Assembly (NCBI GenBank): GCA_965279035.1
Contig: OZ257142.1
Span: forward strand, 1,216,001 to 1,280,000
Direction of reading: 5' to 3'
Source: Bacteroidia bacterium
GTDB lineage: Bacteria; Bacteroidota; Bacteroidia; M30B66
Length of the DNA: 64,000 nt
Shown here: positions 40,250 to 49,537 of the stretch, piece by piece
Numbering within the stretch: the first letter of the stretch is position 1
Layout of the letters: the number at the start of each line of letters is the position of its first letter
Notes under the pieces: generated by a model
Database searches by the model: none
The model's input: only the letters and a program-made list of their open reading frames with translations
Told to the model about the DNA's origin: nothing
Translations under genes and position numbers: made by a program

Positions 40250-41529
40250 ATCAACTAGATCGTCAAACAGCACCTGCTATTTTCCCTGTTGATTCTGTGA
40301 ATCCGCAAATGCCTGAGCAATTCACGCTTTCCAATGGGATTGAAGTATATAGTCTTTCCGCTGGATCGCAGGAAGTGATCAAAGTGGAACTCGTTTTTTC
40401 TGCAGGAACTTCTCGTCACGAAAATCCACTTCTACCTTCGTTTACAACCTCCATGTTGCAAGAAGGAACTTCGAAACGTTCTGCTTCACAAATTGCCTCT
40501 GCGATTGATGATTACGGTGCATTTTTAGAACTCGATATCGACAAGGATTTTTCGGGTATCACCTTATATTCCTTGAACAAATACCTCGGACAAACACTTC
40601 CTGTAATTCAAGATTTGCTTATCGATGCACAGTTTCCAGAAAATGAATGGGAAATTTTGAGAGCCAATCGATTGCAGAAATACTCTGTAAATCTTGGCAA
40701 AGTGGGTTTTGTTGCTGGTAAACGATTTCAAGAATTATTATTCAATGGAACAGCGTATGGGACTTCATTCGATGAAGAAACGTATAAAGCATTAAAGAAA
40801 GAAGACTTACAGCGATTCTATCAATTGCATTATGCTCCTAAAGCAGCCAAACTATTTCTCAGTGGAAAGATTGAAGAAAATGTTAAATCACTGATCGAAT
40901 CTACATTTGGGAATTTACCTGGAAATGGGAATTTTCAACAGGCTTTAAGCATTGAAAAAAGTCATCGTTTAGAAGATCAGAAACAATTTATTTATAAGGA
41001 AGACGCAATACAATCAGCCATTCGAATTGGACGAAGATTATTTGCTAAAAATCATCCCGATTATTTCGGAATGAAGGTTCTTTCAACCATTCTTGGTGGA
41101 TATTTTGGATCACGATTGATGACGAACATTCGTGAAGATAAGGGCTATACCTATGGCATTGGTGCTGGTTCGGTAGCTTATCGATCGGATGGATATTTTT
41201 ACATCAGTACCGAAGTTGGAGCCGATGTTTGTGCCGATGCTTTGATAGAAATATACAAGGAAATTGACATTTTGAGGAATGAACTGGTTTCTACAGAGGA
41301 ATTGGAATTAGTGAAAAGTTATTTGCTTGGTTCGTTATTGAAGAGTTTCGAAGGACCTTTTGAACGAATGGATCGTTTTAAAAACGTATTTCTATTTGAT
41401 GGTGGCGATCTCTATTTTCAACGTTATACTGAAGAAATTCGTGGTATAACACCAGAGCGATTACTACAATTAGCACAAACTTGGCTTCGAGAAGAAGATT
41501 TAATTGAACTGGTTGTTGGAAAGAAATGA
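40246..41529 (+). CDS. M16 family peptidase, non-catalytic partner subunit
   Basis: No HxxEH; has LGG.F.SRL..NIREDKGYTY; ATGA overlap with the upstream M16 gene. Confidence 0.9.
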   Translation: MNQLDRQTAPAIFPVDSVNPQMPEQFTLSNGIEVYSLSAGSQEVIKVELVFSAGTSRHENPLLPSFTTSMLQEGTSKRSASQIASAIDDYGAFLELDIDKDFSGITLYSLNKYLGQTLPVIQDLLIDAQFPENEWEILRANRLQKYSVNLGKVGFVAGKRFQELLFNGTAYGTSFDEETYKALKKEDLQRFYQLHYAPKAAKLFLSGKIEENVKSLIESTFGNLPGNGNFQQALSIEKSHRLEDQKQFIYKEDAIQSAIRIGRRLFAKNHPDYFGMKVLSTILGGYFGSRLMTNIREDKGYTYGIGAGSVAYRSDGYFYISTEVGADVCADALIEIYKEIDILRNELVSTEELELVKSYLLGSLLKSFEGPFERMDRFKNVFLFDGGDLYFQRYTEEIRGITPERLLQLAQTWLREEDLIELVVGKK

Positions 41530-41628
41530 ATTCTAGAGCAAGCGATCGATTTAATTTCAAGTTGAAACCATCTTCTTGAATGGAAAAAATCTGCTCAAGA
41601 ATCCCATTTAATCAACTCTAAAAATTCC

Positions 41629-41673
41629 TACATTTGCGCGCAATTCGGGACTAAGCCCGTATACCCGGTTGCC
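41629..41673 (+). promoter_or_regulatory. guaB -7 element and short structured leader
   Basis: TACATTTG at 41629-41636; possible stem 41640-41649 with 41664-41672. Confidence 0.5.
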
Positions 41674-43137
41674 ATGGAACATCATTCAAAATTCGCGGAA
41701 GGCTTAACATACGACGACGTTCTTCTTATCCCAGATTATTCTGAAGTACTTCCCCGCGAAACTGACATTAGCACCCATTTTACACGTAAAATCCGACTCA
41801 ACGTTCCCATTGTTTCTGCGGCAATGGATACTGTTACCGAATCGGCTTTGGCTATTGCTATTGCTCAAGAAGGTGGAATTGGAGTTTTGCATAAAAACAT
41901 GAGCATAGCTCAGCAAGCTGCCGAGGTTAAAAAAGTGAAACGTTCCGAAAGCGGAATGATCATCGATCCCGTTGTGTTACATGAAAATGCCGTTGTTGCT
42001 GATGCGCTTCAACTCATGAAAGAAAATAAAATTGGCGGTATTCCTGTAGTTGACGACAATCGTAAACTGGTAGGTATTATCACCAATCGTGATCTTCGTT
42101 TCGAAAAGCGTTTTGATAAACCGGTGCGCGAAGTGATGACGAAGGAAAATCTAATCACTACAACACAAACAAATCTAGCTAAAGCAGAAATACTTCTTCA
42201 AGATTATAAAATAGAAAAGCTTCCTGTCGTTGATCAAGATTATAAACTCGTTGGGCTCATTACCTACAAAGACATCATCAAAAATCGCTTGCGTCCCAAT
42301 GCTTGCAAAGATGATTTTGGTCGATTACGTGTAGCTGCTGCAGTTGGCGTAACAGCCGACACTATTGAACGTGTTACTGCTTTGGTAAAAGCTGGAGCGG
42401 ATGCAGTTATCATTGATACTGCTCATGGACATTCCAAAGGTGTTATTGAAAAATTAAAGGAAGTAAAAGCAGCTTTTCCCGATCTTCAAGTGGTTGTAGG
42501 AAATATCGCTACTGCTTCGGCAGCTCGCATGCTAGTTGAAGCTGGTGCCGATGCAGTGAAAGTGGGAATTGGACCAGGTTCAATTTGTACAACACGTGTC
42601 ATTGCTGGAGTTGGTGTGCCTCAATTAACTGCTGTAATGGATGTGGCAAGAGAACTTCAAGGTTCGGGAGTTCCTGTGATAGCAGATGGAGGAATTCGTT
42701 TTTCGGGTGATATTGTAAAAGCCATAGCAGCTGGTGGTTCAACGATTATGGCAGGTTCGCTCTTTGCCGGTGTGGAAGAATCTCCGGGTGAAACAATCAT
42801 TTTTGAAGGAAGAAAATTCAAGTCATATCGTGGAATGGGTTCGATCGAAGCCATGCAAACAGGATCTAAAGACCGCTATTTTCAAGATGCCGAAGACGAT
42901 ATTAAAAAATTAGTTCCTGAAGGGATTGTTGGACAAGTTCCTTTTAAAGGCACACTGTCGGAAGTGCTTTATCAAATGATTGGTGGGCTTCGTGCCGGAA
43001 TGGGATATTGCGGAGCTCCTAATATTGAATCACTTCAAACGAAGAAATTAATTCGAATTACTGCTGCAGGAGTAAGAGAATCACATCCTCATGATGTAAA
43101 TATTACGCGTGAAGCTCCCAATTATTCTAGTAGATAG
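41674..43137 (+). CDS. guaB: IMP dehydrogenase
   Basis: [11 protein letters not shown] pair, [23 protein letters not shown]. Confidence 0.98.
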   Translation: MEHHSKFAEGLTYDDVLLIPDYSEVLPRETDISTHFTRKIRLNVPIVSAAMDTVTESALAIAIAQEGGIGVLHKNMSIAQQAAEVKKVKRSESGMIIDPVVLHENAVVADALQLMKENKIGGIPVVDDNRKLVGIITNRDLRFEKRFDKPVREVMTKENLITTTQTNLAKAEILLQDYKIEKLPVVDQDYKLVGLITYKDIIKNRLRPNACKDDFGRLRVAAAVGVTADTIERVTALVKAGADAVIIDTAHGHSKGVIEKLKEVKAAFPDLQVVVGNIATASAARMLVEAGADAVKVGIGPGSICTTRVIAGVGVPQLTAVMDVARELQGSGVPVIADGGIRFSGDIVKAIAAGGSTIMAGSLFAGVEESPGETIIFEGRKFKSYRGMGSIEAMQTGSKDRYFQDAEDDIKKLVPEGIVGQVPFKGTLSEVLYQMIGGLRAGMGYCGAPNIESLQTKKLIRITAAGVRESHPHDVNITREAPNYSSR

Positions 43138-43139
43138 TT

Positions 43140-44027
43140 TTAAAACTTAATCCCATTATTCAATAGGATTTTCATCAAAATGAGCGTCGATGCAAGAATG
43201 ATTAGAAATTTATTTTCAATCATACCACTTTCTGGTAATCGGTAAATCATAATCATTCTGTTTTTCATTGCATTGATAAATATCGAAACAACAATAACGA
43301 ACATGGTGAATACCAAGCCTAAGTTCAAAATAAATGATCCGTCAGAAAAATAGATAAGCGAAACTCCTGAACAAATCAAATAGGGCAGAAGGACGGTTTG
43401 AAAAAGATAGATTAATCTACTTTCATTTTTAAAAACATGTTGAGTGCTGTTTGTTATTTGAATGAAAGGCTTTGCCGCTATTGCTCCAATGAAAATCAAC
43501 ACAAGTGTTGCGATAATAGATGCAATTAGTTTTGCAAAATCTTCCCAATACATATAATCAGCTACAATGCCTAAATAACTGGCATTTATACCTTGAGACC
43601 CAGTATTCTTAATGGGCATTAATACAAGTTCGGTACAGAAGAAATTTAAATAATGAATTCCTAGCCATAACCAAAAAGTCTTTAAAATCCCTGGTCGTTT
43701 TCTATAAAGTTTTTGAATTAAGAGTGCTATTATTCCTGCAATAAGGCAGAATGTTGGACCCGAAATAAATGTTTTTAATACTGATTCAATAGTCCATAAA
43801 TCGTAATTCGACGTGAATTCAACTTTGAAGAAGAATAGTTTGTAAAACAAATGAAATCGTTTAGCAAAAAGAGCTGTTACAACGTTAAAACTAACGTACG
43901 AAATCGCAAAAGCAGCCATATAAGCAACTGCCGAATTAATAATTCGATTGTTACGCTCTTGTTCAATTGACCCTTCTCTGCCTGGAAGTTTCTCAGTAAA
44001 ATCAAGTACTCTGTCTTTTGAATCCAC
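43140..44027 (-). CDS. Hypothetical polytopic membrane protein
   Basis: About 7 hydrophobic segments; GTG start with TATATTTG at 44050-44057 on the minus strand. Confidence 0.7.
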   Translation of the reverse strand: MDSKDRVLDFTEKLPGREGSIEQERNNRIINSAVAYMAAFAISYVSFNVVTALFAKRFHLFYKLFFFKVEFTSNYDLWTIESVLKTFISGPTFCLIAGIIALLIQKLYRKRPGILKTFWLWLGIHYLNFFCTELVLMPIKNTGSQGINASYLGIVADYMYWEDFAKLIASIIATLVLIFIGAIAAKPFIQITNSTQHVFKNESRLIYLFQTVLLPYLICSGVSLIYFSDGSFILNLGLVFTMFVIVVSIFINAMKNRMIMIYRLPESGMIENKFLIILASTLILMKILLNNGIKF

Positions 44028-44157
44028 GATTTTATAATCCCATTTCTTGCAAATATATCTTAAAATCTGAAGGTTTTTTAAATGAATACATTCTACAAAT
44101 GTATCCTTTGATATATCTGATCATTCAACTATTTTCGCACGCTCTATTTAATGTAAA

Positions 44158-46194
44158 ATGAAAATGCTGAGAAACAAGATTTTAATTGCTGCTTGTATAC
44201 TATCAAGCACTATTGCTTTCGGTCAAACTACTGTAAAGAAAAAGCTTCCTTCAACTGCTCCTAAAGAAACGGTTGCTCCTCCCGCAATTCCAGTTGTTGA
44301 AGATCCTGTATTGCTTATTGTTGGTGGAGATCCCGTAACTCGAGGTGAATTCGAAAGTATTTATCGTAAGAACAATTCGAAAGAAACTTCTACCGATAGA
44401 AAAGCCTTAGAAGAATATCTTCAACTGTTCATCAATTTTAAATTAAAAGTAAAAGCGGCTAAAGTTGCTGGAAAAGATACTGCTACTTCTTTTCAAAATG
44501 AATTGAAAGGTTATCGCCGTCAGCTTGCTACACCTTATCTCACCGATAAAAACGTAAACGATAAATTGATCCAAGAGGCCTATGATCGAATGAAAAAAGA
44601 CATTCGCGCAAGCCATATATTAATCTCTTTGCCTGCTGATCCTCTTCCAAAAGATACATTGGCTGCTTATAACAAAGCAATGGCGATTCGTGCACGAATT
44701 CTTAAAGGAGAAGATTTTGCAACACTTGCTGGTCAAAATTCTGAAGATCCTTCTGCAAAACAAAATGGTGGTGATCTTGGCTATTTTACTTCAATGATGA
44801 TGGTTTATCCATTTGAAACAACAGCTTATACAACTCCTGTTGGTGAAGTTTCAATGCCAGTTCGTACAAAATTCGGGTACCATATTTTAAAAGTAACCAG
44901 TGTCCGCGATGCTCAAGGACAAGTTCATATTGCACATATCATGGTAAAGAATCCCGAAAACGCAAAGGATTCAGTGATTGCTGCGAATAAAAAGAAAATT
45001 GATGAGATCTATGAAAAAATTAAAAAAGGAGAAGATTTTGGGCAATTAGCTTCTCAATTTTCTGACGATAGAACTTCAGGGAAAAATGGTGGTCAGCTAC
45101 CTTGGTTTGGAACTGGTAAAATGGTTCCAGAATTCGAAAAAGTGGCGTTTGATTTAAAAGCCGACAATGAAGTAAGTGAACCATTTCGTACTCAATATGG
45201 ATGGCACATTGCAAAACGTCTAGAACGAAAAGGCATTCAAACATTTGATGAAGTAAAAGGTGAATTAAAACAAAAAATCTCTAAAGATTCTCGTTCTCAA
45301 GTAAGCCGTGATGCAGTCATTCAACGTGTAAAAAAAGAAAGTGGTTTTACTGAAGATCCAAAAGCGCTCAATGAATTAATTCTCAAAGTAGATACTTCTT
45401 TATTAAGTGCTCATTGGAAAGCAGAAGTAACAAATGGAATGGTAAAACCATTATTTAAAATAGGAGCTGAATCCTATACTCAAAACGATTTTGCTCAGTT
45501 CTTAGCACAAAATCAAAGTCGTCAACCAAAAGAATCTGTGGTAGAAGCTTTAGTTCGTAAGTCGTATGATTACTATCGGAACGAAAAAATAATTGGGTAT
45601 GAAGATGCTCGTTTAGAACAGAAATATCCTGAATTTAGAATGTTGATGCAGGAATATCGTGATGGAATATTATTGTTCGAGATCACCGATGAAAATGTTT
45701 GGTCTAAAGCATTGAAAGACACAGTTGGATTGGAGAAATTCCATGAGCAAAACAAAGGCAAATACATGTGGCCTGAGCGTGTTGACGTTGTTGTTTATAA
45801 AGCAAAAGATGTAGCAACTGCTAAAGCTGCAAGGAAGCTCGTTGAGAAAAGAGCGAAAAAAGGGACTTCATTAGATGAGATACGTACTAAAATCAACAAA
45901 TCCTCACAATTAAATCTTCAAACTGAAACAGGTGTGTTTTCTAAAGGGGATAATGAAATCGTTGATGCCGTAAATTGGACTGTAGGAATATCTCCTGATA
46001 AGATTAATGCTGATGGTTCAGTGACTTTTGTAGAAATAATTAAACTTCTCGAACCAAGCCCTAAAACACTTCTTGAGGCGCGTGGATTAATCACTGCTGA
46101 TTATCAAACATTCTTAGAACAAGAATGGATAAAAGAATTAAAGAGTAAGTACAATGTCGAAGTAAAACGCGATGTTTTTGATACGATAAAATAA
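44158..46194 (+). CDS. Periplasmic peptidylprolyl isomerase with two parvulin domains (SurA/PpiD-like)
   Basis: Signal peptide; ASHIL..GEDF..LA..S.D....GGDLG...FE...RT.FGYHI pattern occurs twice. Confidence 0.9.
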   Translation: MKMLRNKILIAACILSSTIAFGQTTVKKKLPSTAPKETVAPPAIPVVEDPVLLIVGGDPVTRGEFESIYRKNNSKETSTDRKALEEYLQLFINFKLKVKAAKVAGKDTATSFQNELKGYRRQLATPYLTDKNVNDKLIQEAYDRMKKDIRASHILISLPADPLPKDTLAAYNKAMAIRARILKGEDFATLAGQNSEDPSAKQNGGDLGYFTSMMMVYPFETTAYTTPVGEVSMPVRTKFGYHILKVTSVRDAQGQVHIAHIMVKNPENAKDSVIAANKKKIDEIYEKIKKGEDFGQLASQFSDDRTSGKNGGQLPWFGTGKMVPEFEKVAFDLKADNEVSEPFRTQYGWHIAKRLERKGIQTFDEVKGELKQKISKDSRSQVSRDAVIQRVKKESGFTEDPKALNELILKVDTSLLSAHWKAEVTNGMVKPLFKIGAESYTQNDFAQFLAQNQSRQPKESVVEALVRKSYDYYRNEKIIGYEDARLEQKYPEFRMLMQEYRDGILLFEITDENVWSKALKDTVGLEKFHEQNKGKYMWPERVDVVVYKAKDVATAKAARKLVEKRAKKGTSLDEIRTKINKSSQLNLQTETGVFSKGDNEIVDAVNWTVGISPDKINADGSVTFVEIIKLLEPSPKTLLEARGLITADYQTFLEQEWIKELKSKYNVEVKRDVFDTIK

Positions 46195-46208
46195 ATTGAA
46201 TAAAATTC

Positions 46209-46257
46209 AGCGGCCCGTTTTGGTTAATAACGTACCGGAACGGGCCGTTTGGTTTTT
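46209..46257 (+). terminator. Strong intra-operon hairpin / probable terminator
   Basis: CGGCCCGTT(TTGGT)...(ACCGG)AACGGGCCG followed by TTTGGTTTTT. Confidence 0.6.
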
Positions 46258-46285
46258 AAACATTCTTTTTTTCAATTGCAATCCA

Positions 46286-47146
46286 GTGATTAGCATTTTT
46301 AAACATTTCATTTATTTAATTTTTCTATTTCCAATTCTATCCTGTGGGGACGGGACTGGTGAAAAGGAAATAATTGCACGTGTTTATGATAAAGAATTAT
46401 CAAAGACTGAATTAGCTCAATCATTACCTTATGGACTGTCGAAGCAAGATAGTGCCGCATTTGCTAATGATTTCATTGATCAATGGATAAAGAAAAATGT
46501 AGTACTTCGAAGAGCTGAAAGCAACTTAACTGAGAGTCAAAAAGATGTAAAACAGCAACTAGAAGATTACAGATCTTCTTTAATAATATTTGCCTATGAA
46601 CGCGAGCTTATTCGACAGAAATTAGACACTGTTGTTTCAAATGCTGAAATCGAAAATTACTATAAAGAAAATGCAGCAAATTTTGAGCTTAGAAGTAACA
46701 TTATTCGGTTAAGATATCTCAAGCTGCCAATTAAAACTCCCAATGCGGATAAGGCCAAAAAATGGTTTTTATCTTCGAATCAAGTCGACAAAAATAAATT
46801 GGAGCAATTTGCAAAACTATATGCCGTTAATTTTCTGCTCGATGATAGCAATTGGTTATTGTTGGATGATGTGATAAAGGAAATTCCAATGAATACCTAT
46901 TCAATGAATGACTTTAATGCGAATAAGCGACTTTTAGAACTCGATGATAAAGAATACCATTACCTTGTAGCCATTACTGGATTTATGGTAAAAGACAGCA
47001 ATGCTCCTTTGAGTTTTGAAAGAGAAAATATCCGGAATATTATTCTGAACAAGCGTAAAATTGTGCTGATTGAACAAATGCAACAAGACGCTTACAATGA
47101 TGCAATGAATGAAAAAAATATTGAACGACCTGGTTCAGGTAAATAA
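46286..47146 (+). CDS. Lipoprotein of the PPIase/SurA cluster
   Basis: GTG start at 46286 gives a hydrophobic signal with an ILSC lipobox; IARVYD..L and F.....IRNIILNKRK SurA-N-like features. Confidence 0.7.
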   Translation: MISIFKHFIYLIFLFPILSCGDGTGEKEIIARVYDKELSKTELAQSLPYGLSKQDSAAFANDFIDQWIKKNVVLRRAESNLTESQKDVKQQLEDYRSSLIIFAYERELIRQKLDTVVSNAEIENYYKENAANFELRSNIIRLRYLKLPIKTPNADKAKKWFLSSNQVDKNKLEQFAKLYAVNFLLDDSNWLLLDDVIKEIPMNTYSMNDFNANKRLLELDDKEYHYLVAITGFMVKDSNAPLSFERENIRNIILNKRKIVLIEQMQQDAYNDAMNEKNIERPGSGK

Positions 47147-48476
47147 GCTTTTAGGAACGATTTCACTTTTGTTTGTTGTTTTCGGGTTGTCAGCTCAACC
47201 TGTAAGCATCGATAAAATTGTTGCTGTAGTTGGAGATAAAGCCATTTTATTTTCAGATGTAGAAGCACAAGCAATGCAAGCAGAACAACAAGCAGGCACT
47301 AAAAATCCTGATTTACGTTGCAATGTTTTAGAAGATATGATTATTCAGAAACTCCTTTTAAATCAAGCAGAAAAGGATAGTGTAGTTGTTTCTGATGCAC
47401 AAGTTGATGGAGAGTTAAACAAGAAAATACGCTATTTCATTGGTCAAATAGGTTCAGTCGAAAAACTCGAAGCTTATCTCGGAAAATCAATTGTTCAGAT
47501 TAAAGATGATTTCAGAGAGCGTATACGGGATCAACTCATAGTTCAGCAAATGCAAGGTAAAATTGCGGGCGATGTTAAGGTTTCACCTGCCGAAGTGAAA
47601 GCATATTATGAGTCAATTCCTAAAGACAGCATTCCTTTTATTGAGAGTGAAATTCAAGTAGCACAAATCCTTAAAAAACCTCCAGTAAATCAATCGGAGC
47701 GTGAACGTGTGCGCAAAGAACTTCAAGATATTCGCCAGAAAATTCTTGATGGACGATCCTTCGCTTCAATGGCTGCTTTTTATTCCGAAGATGTTGTTTC
47801 AGCTGCTAAAGGTGGTGAATTGGGATTTATGAATCGTGGTGATTTAGTTCCCGAATTCGAAGCTGTTGCATTTTCTCTTAAAGGAAAAGAGATATCAGAG
47901 ATTGTTGAATCCAGTTTCGGTTTTCACATCATTCAATTAATCGAAAGAAGAGGGGAGACCATAAACGTACGTCACATTCTTATCTCTCCTAAAGCATCTT
48001 CATCCGATTTAGATTTAGCGCGTGTAAAATTGGATAGCATCTCCCAAGCCATCCGTTTAGGTAGAATTACTTTTGAAGAAGCAGCTTTGAAATATTCAGA
48101 TGATTCCGATACAAAAAACAATGGTGGAATATTGATAAATCCGAATTCAGGATCCACTTGGTTTGAAGTTTCACAAATGGATCAAAGCCTGTTTTTTGTC
48201 ATCGATAAAATGAAAATAGGAGAGCTATCTGATCCTGTTCCAGTTCGTGTTGGAGAGAAAAAAGAATCATATCGAATTGTTACAATGAAAGCTAGAACAG
48301 AGCCTCATCGAGCGAATCTAAAGGATGATTATCAAAAAATAATGCAAGCTGCCGAAGCAGAAAAAAAACAAAAACTTGTTAGTGAATGGATACAGCGTAA
48401 ACGCCAGTCTTTTTTTATCAAAATTGATCAGGAGTTCGTAAACTGTCCATTTCAAAATTCATGGAATAATCAATAA
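47109..48476 (+). CDS. SurA-like chaperone / peptidylprolyl isomerase
   Basis: IDKIVAVVG..IL.SD N-domain; parvulin motifs GGELG...PEFE, FGFHIIQL, VRHIL. Confidence 0.9.
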   Translation: MKKILNDLVQVNKLLGTISLLFVVFGLSAQPVSIDKIVAVVGDKAILFSDVEAQAMQAEQQAGTKNPDLRCNVLEDMIIQKLLLNQAEKDSVVVSDAQVDGELNKKIRYFIGQIGSVEKLEAYLGKSIVQIKDDFRERIRDQLIVQQMQGKIAGDVKVSPAEVKAYYESIPKDSIPFIESEIQVAQILKKPPVNQSERERVRKELQDIRQKILDGRSFASMAAFYSEDVVSAAKGGELGFMNRGDLVPEFEAVAFSLKGKEISEIVESSFGFHIIQLIERRGETINVRHILISPKASSSDLDLARVKLDSISQAIRLGRITFEEAALKYSDDSDTKNNGGILINPNSGSTWFEVSQMDQSLFFVIDKMKIGELSDPVPVRVGEKKESYRIVTMKARTEPHRANLKDDYQKIMQAAEAEKKQKLVSEWIQRKRQSFFIKIDQEFVNCPFQNSWNNQ

Positions 48477-48490
48477 TTCAGTTGAGAAAT

Positions 48491-49459
48491 ATGCAAACGT
48501 TTAAATCCGATGTTGAAGCGATTGATAGCCTCCGAGATGCATATTTGCGCCTTGATGCGGAAATAGGAAAAGTTGTTATTGGTCAAGAAGATGTTGTTAA
48601 AGATGTAATCATTTCAATTTTTAGCCGAGGACATTGCCTATTAGTTGGTGTTCCTGGATTAGCTAAAACACTTCTTGTTACAACTATTTCAAGAGTTCTT
48701 GGCTTGGATTACAATCGTATTCAGTTTACTCCCGATTTGATGCCCTCCGACATTGTTGGTACTGAAATTTTAGATGAGGATCGTCATTTCCGTTTCATTA
48801 AAGGCCCCTTGTTCGCCAATATTATTTTAGCTGATGAGATCAATAGAACTCCACCTAAAACCCAAGCGGCTTTACTCGAAGCAATGCAGGAAAAAGCAAT
48901 TACTGCTGCAGGGAAACGATATGAATTAGGACAACCCTTTTTCGTTTTAGCAACACAAAATCCAATTGAACAAGAAGGAACATATCCATTACCTGAAGCA
49001 CAATTAGACAGATTCATGTTCAATATTTGGGTGGATTATCCTAAATATGAAGATGAGTTACTCGTTGTAAAAAGCACAACTTCCGATAATAAAATAGAAT
49101 TGAAGTCAATTCTATCAGCCGAAGAAATTTTATTCTATCAAGACTTAGTTCGTCGTGTCCCAGTTACAGATAAAGTATTGGAATACGCTGTAAAATTGGC
49201 AGTTAAAACCCGTCCAAATTCTGAACATGCTCCTGATATTGTGAAGAAATACCTTGCTTGGGGAGCTGGTCCACGTGCATCTCAATTTCTTGTTTTAGGT
49301 GCAAAATGTCATGCAGCTATTCGTGGTCGTTATTCGCCCGATATTGAAGATGTTAATGCAGTTGCTACTGCAATACTTCGCCATAGAATAATTCGGAATT
49401 ACAAGGCGGAAGCTGAAGGTCTCAGTGTTGAATCGATAATCAAACAGATAATGAATTAA
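48491..49459 (+). CDS. MoxR family AAA+ ATPase
   Basis: GVPGLAKT, RIQFTPDLMPSD, LADEINRTPPKTQ, ATQNPIEQEGTYPLPEAQLDRF. Confidence 0.96.
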   Translation: MQTFKSDVEAIDSLRDAYLRLDAEIGKVVIGQEDVVKDVIISIFSRGHCLLVGVPGLAKTLLVTTISRVLGLDYNRIQFTPDLMPSDIVGTEILDEDRHFRFIKGPLFANIILADEINRTPPKTQAALLEAMQEKAITAAGKRYELGQPFFVLATQNPIEQEGTYPLPEAQLDRFMFNIWVDYPKYEDELLVVKSTTSDNKIELKSILSAEEILFYQDLVRRVPVTDKVLEYAVKLAVKTRPNSEHAPDIVKKYLAWGAGPRASQFLVLGAKCHAAIRGRYSPDIEDVNAVATAILRHRIIRNYKAEAEGLSVESIIKQIMN

Positions 49460-49461
49460 TT

Positions 49462-49491
49462 AAAAAAGCCGGATACTAACTCCGGCTTTTT
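49462..49491. terminator. Bidirectional terminator between moxR and gap
   Basis: AAAAAAGCCGGA-TACTAAC-TCCGGCTTTTT between convergent genes. Confidence 0.88.
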
Positions 49492-49537
49492 CATTTCAAC
49501 TTAATCCTTTGATAGGATTTTTAAGAATTATAGATTC

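Noticed and set aside
40246-41529. M16 gene lacking HxxEH as a pseudogene
   Set aside because: The ORF is intact with the R/Y substrate-binding motif; it is the normal non-catalytic half of a heterodimeric M16B peptidase.
46196-46285. N-terminal extension of the lipoprotein ORF
   Set aside because: It runs through the intergenic hairpin; GTG 46286 gives a normal lipoprotein signal.
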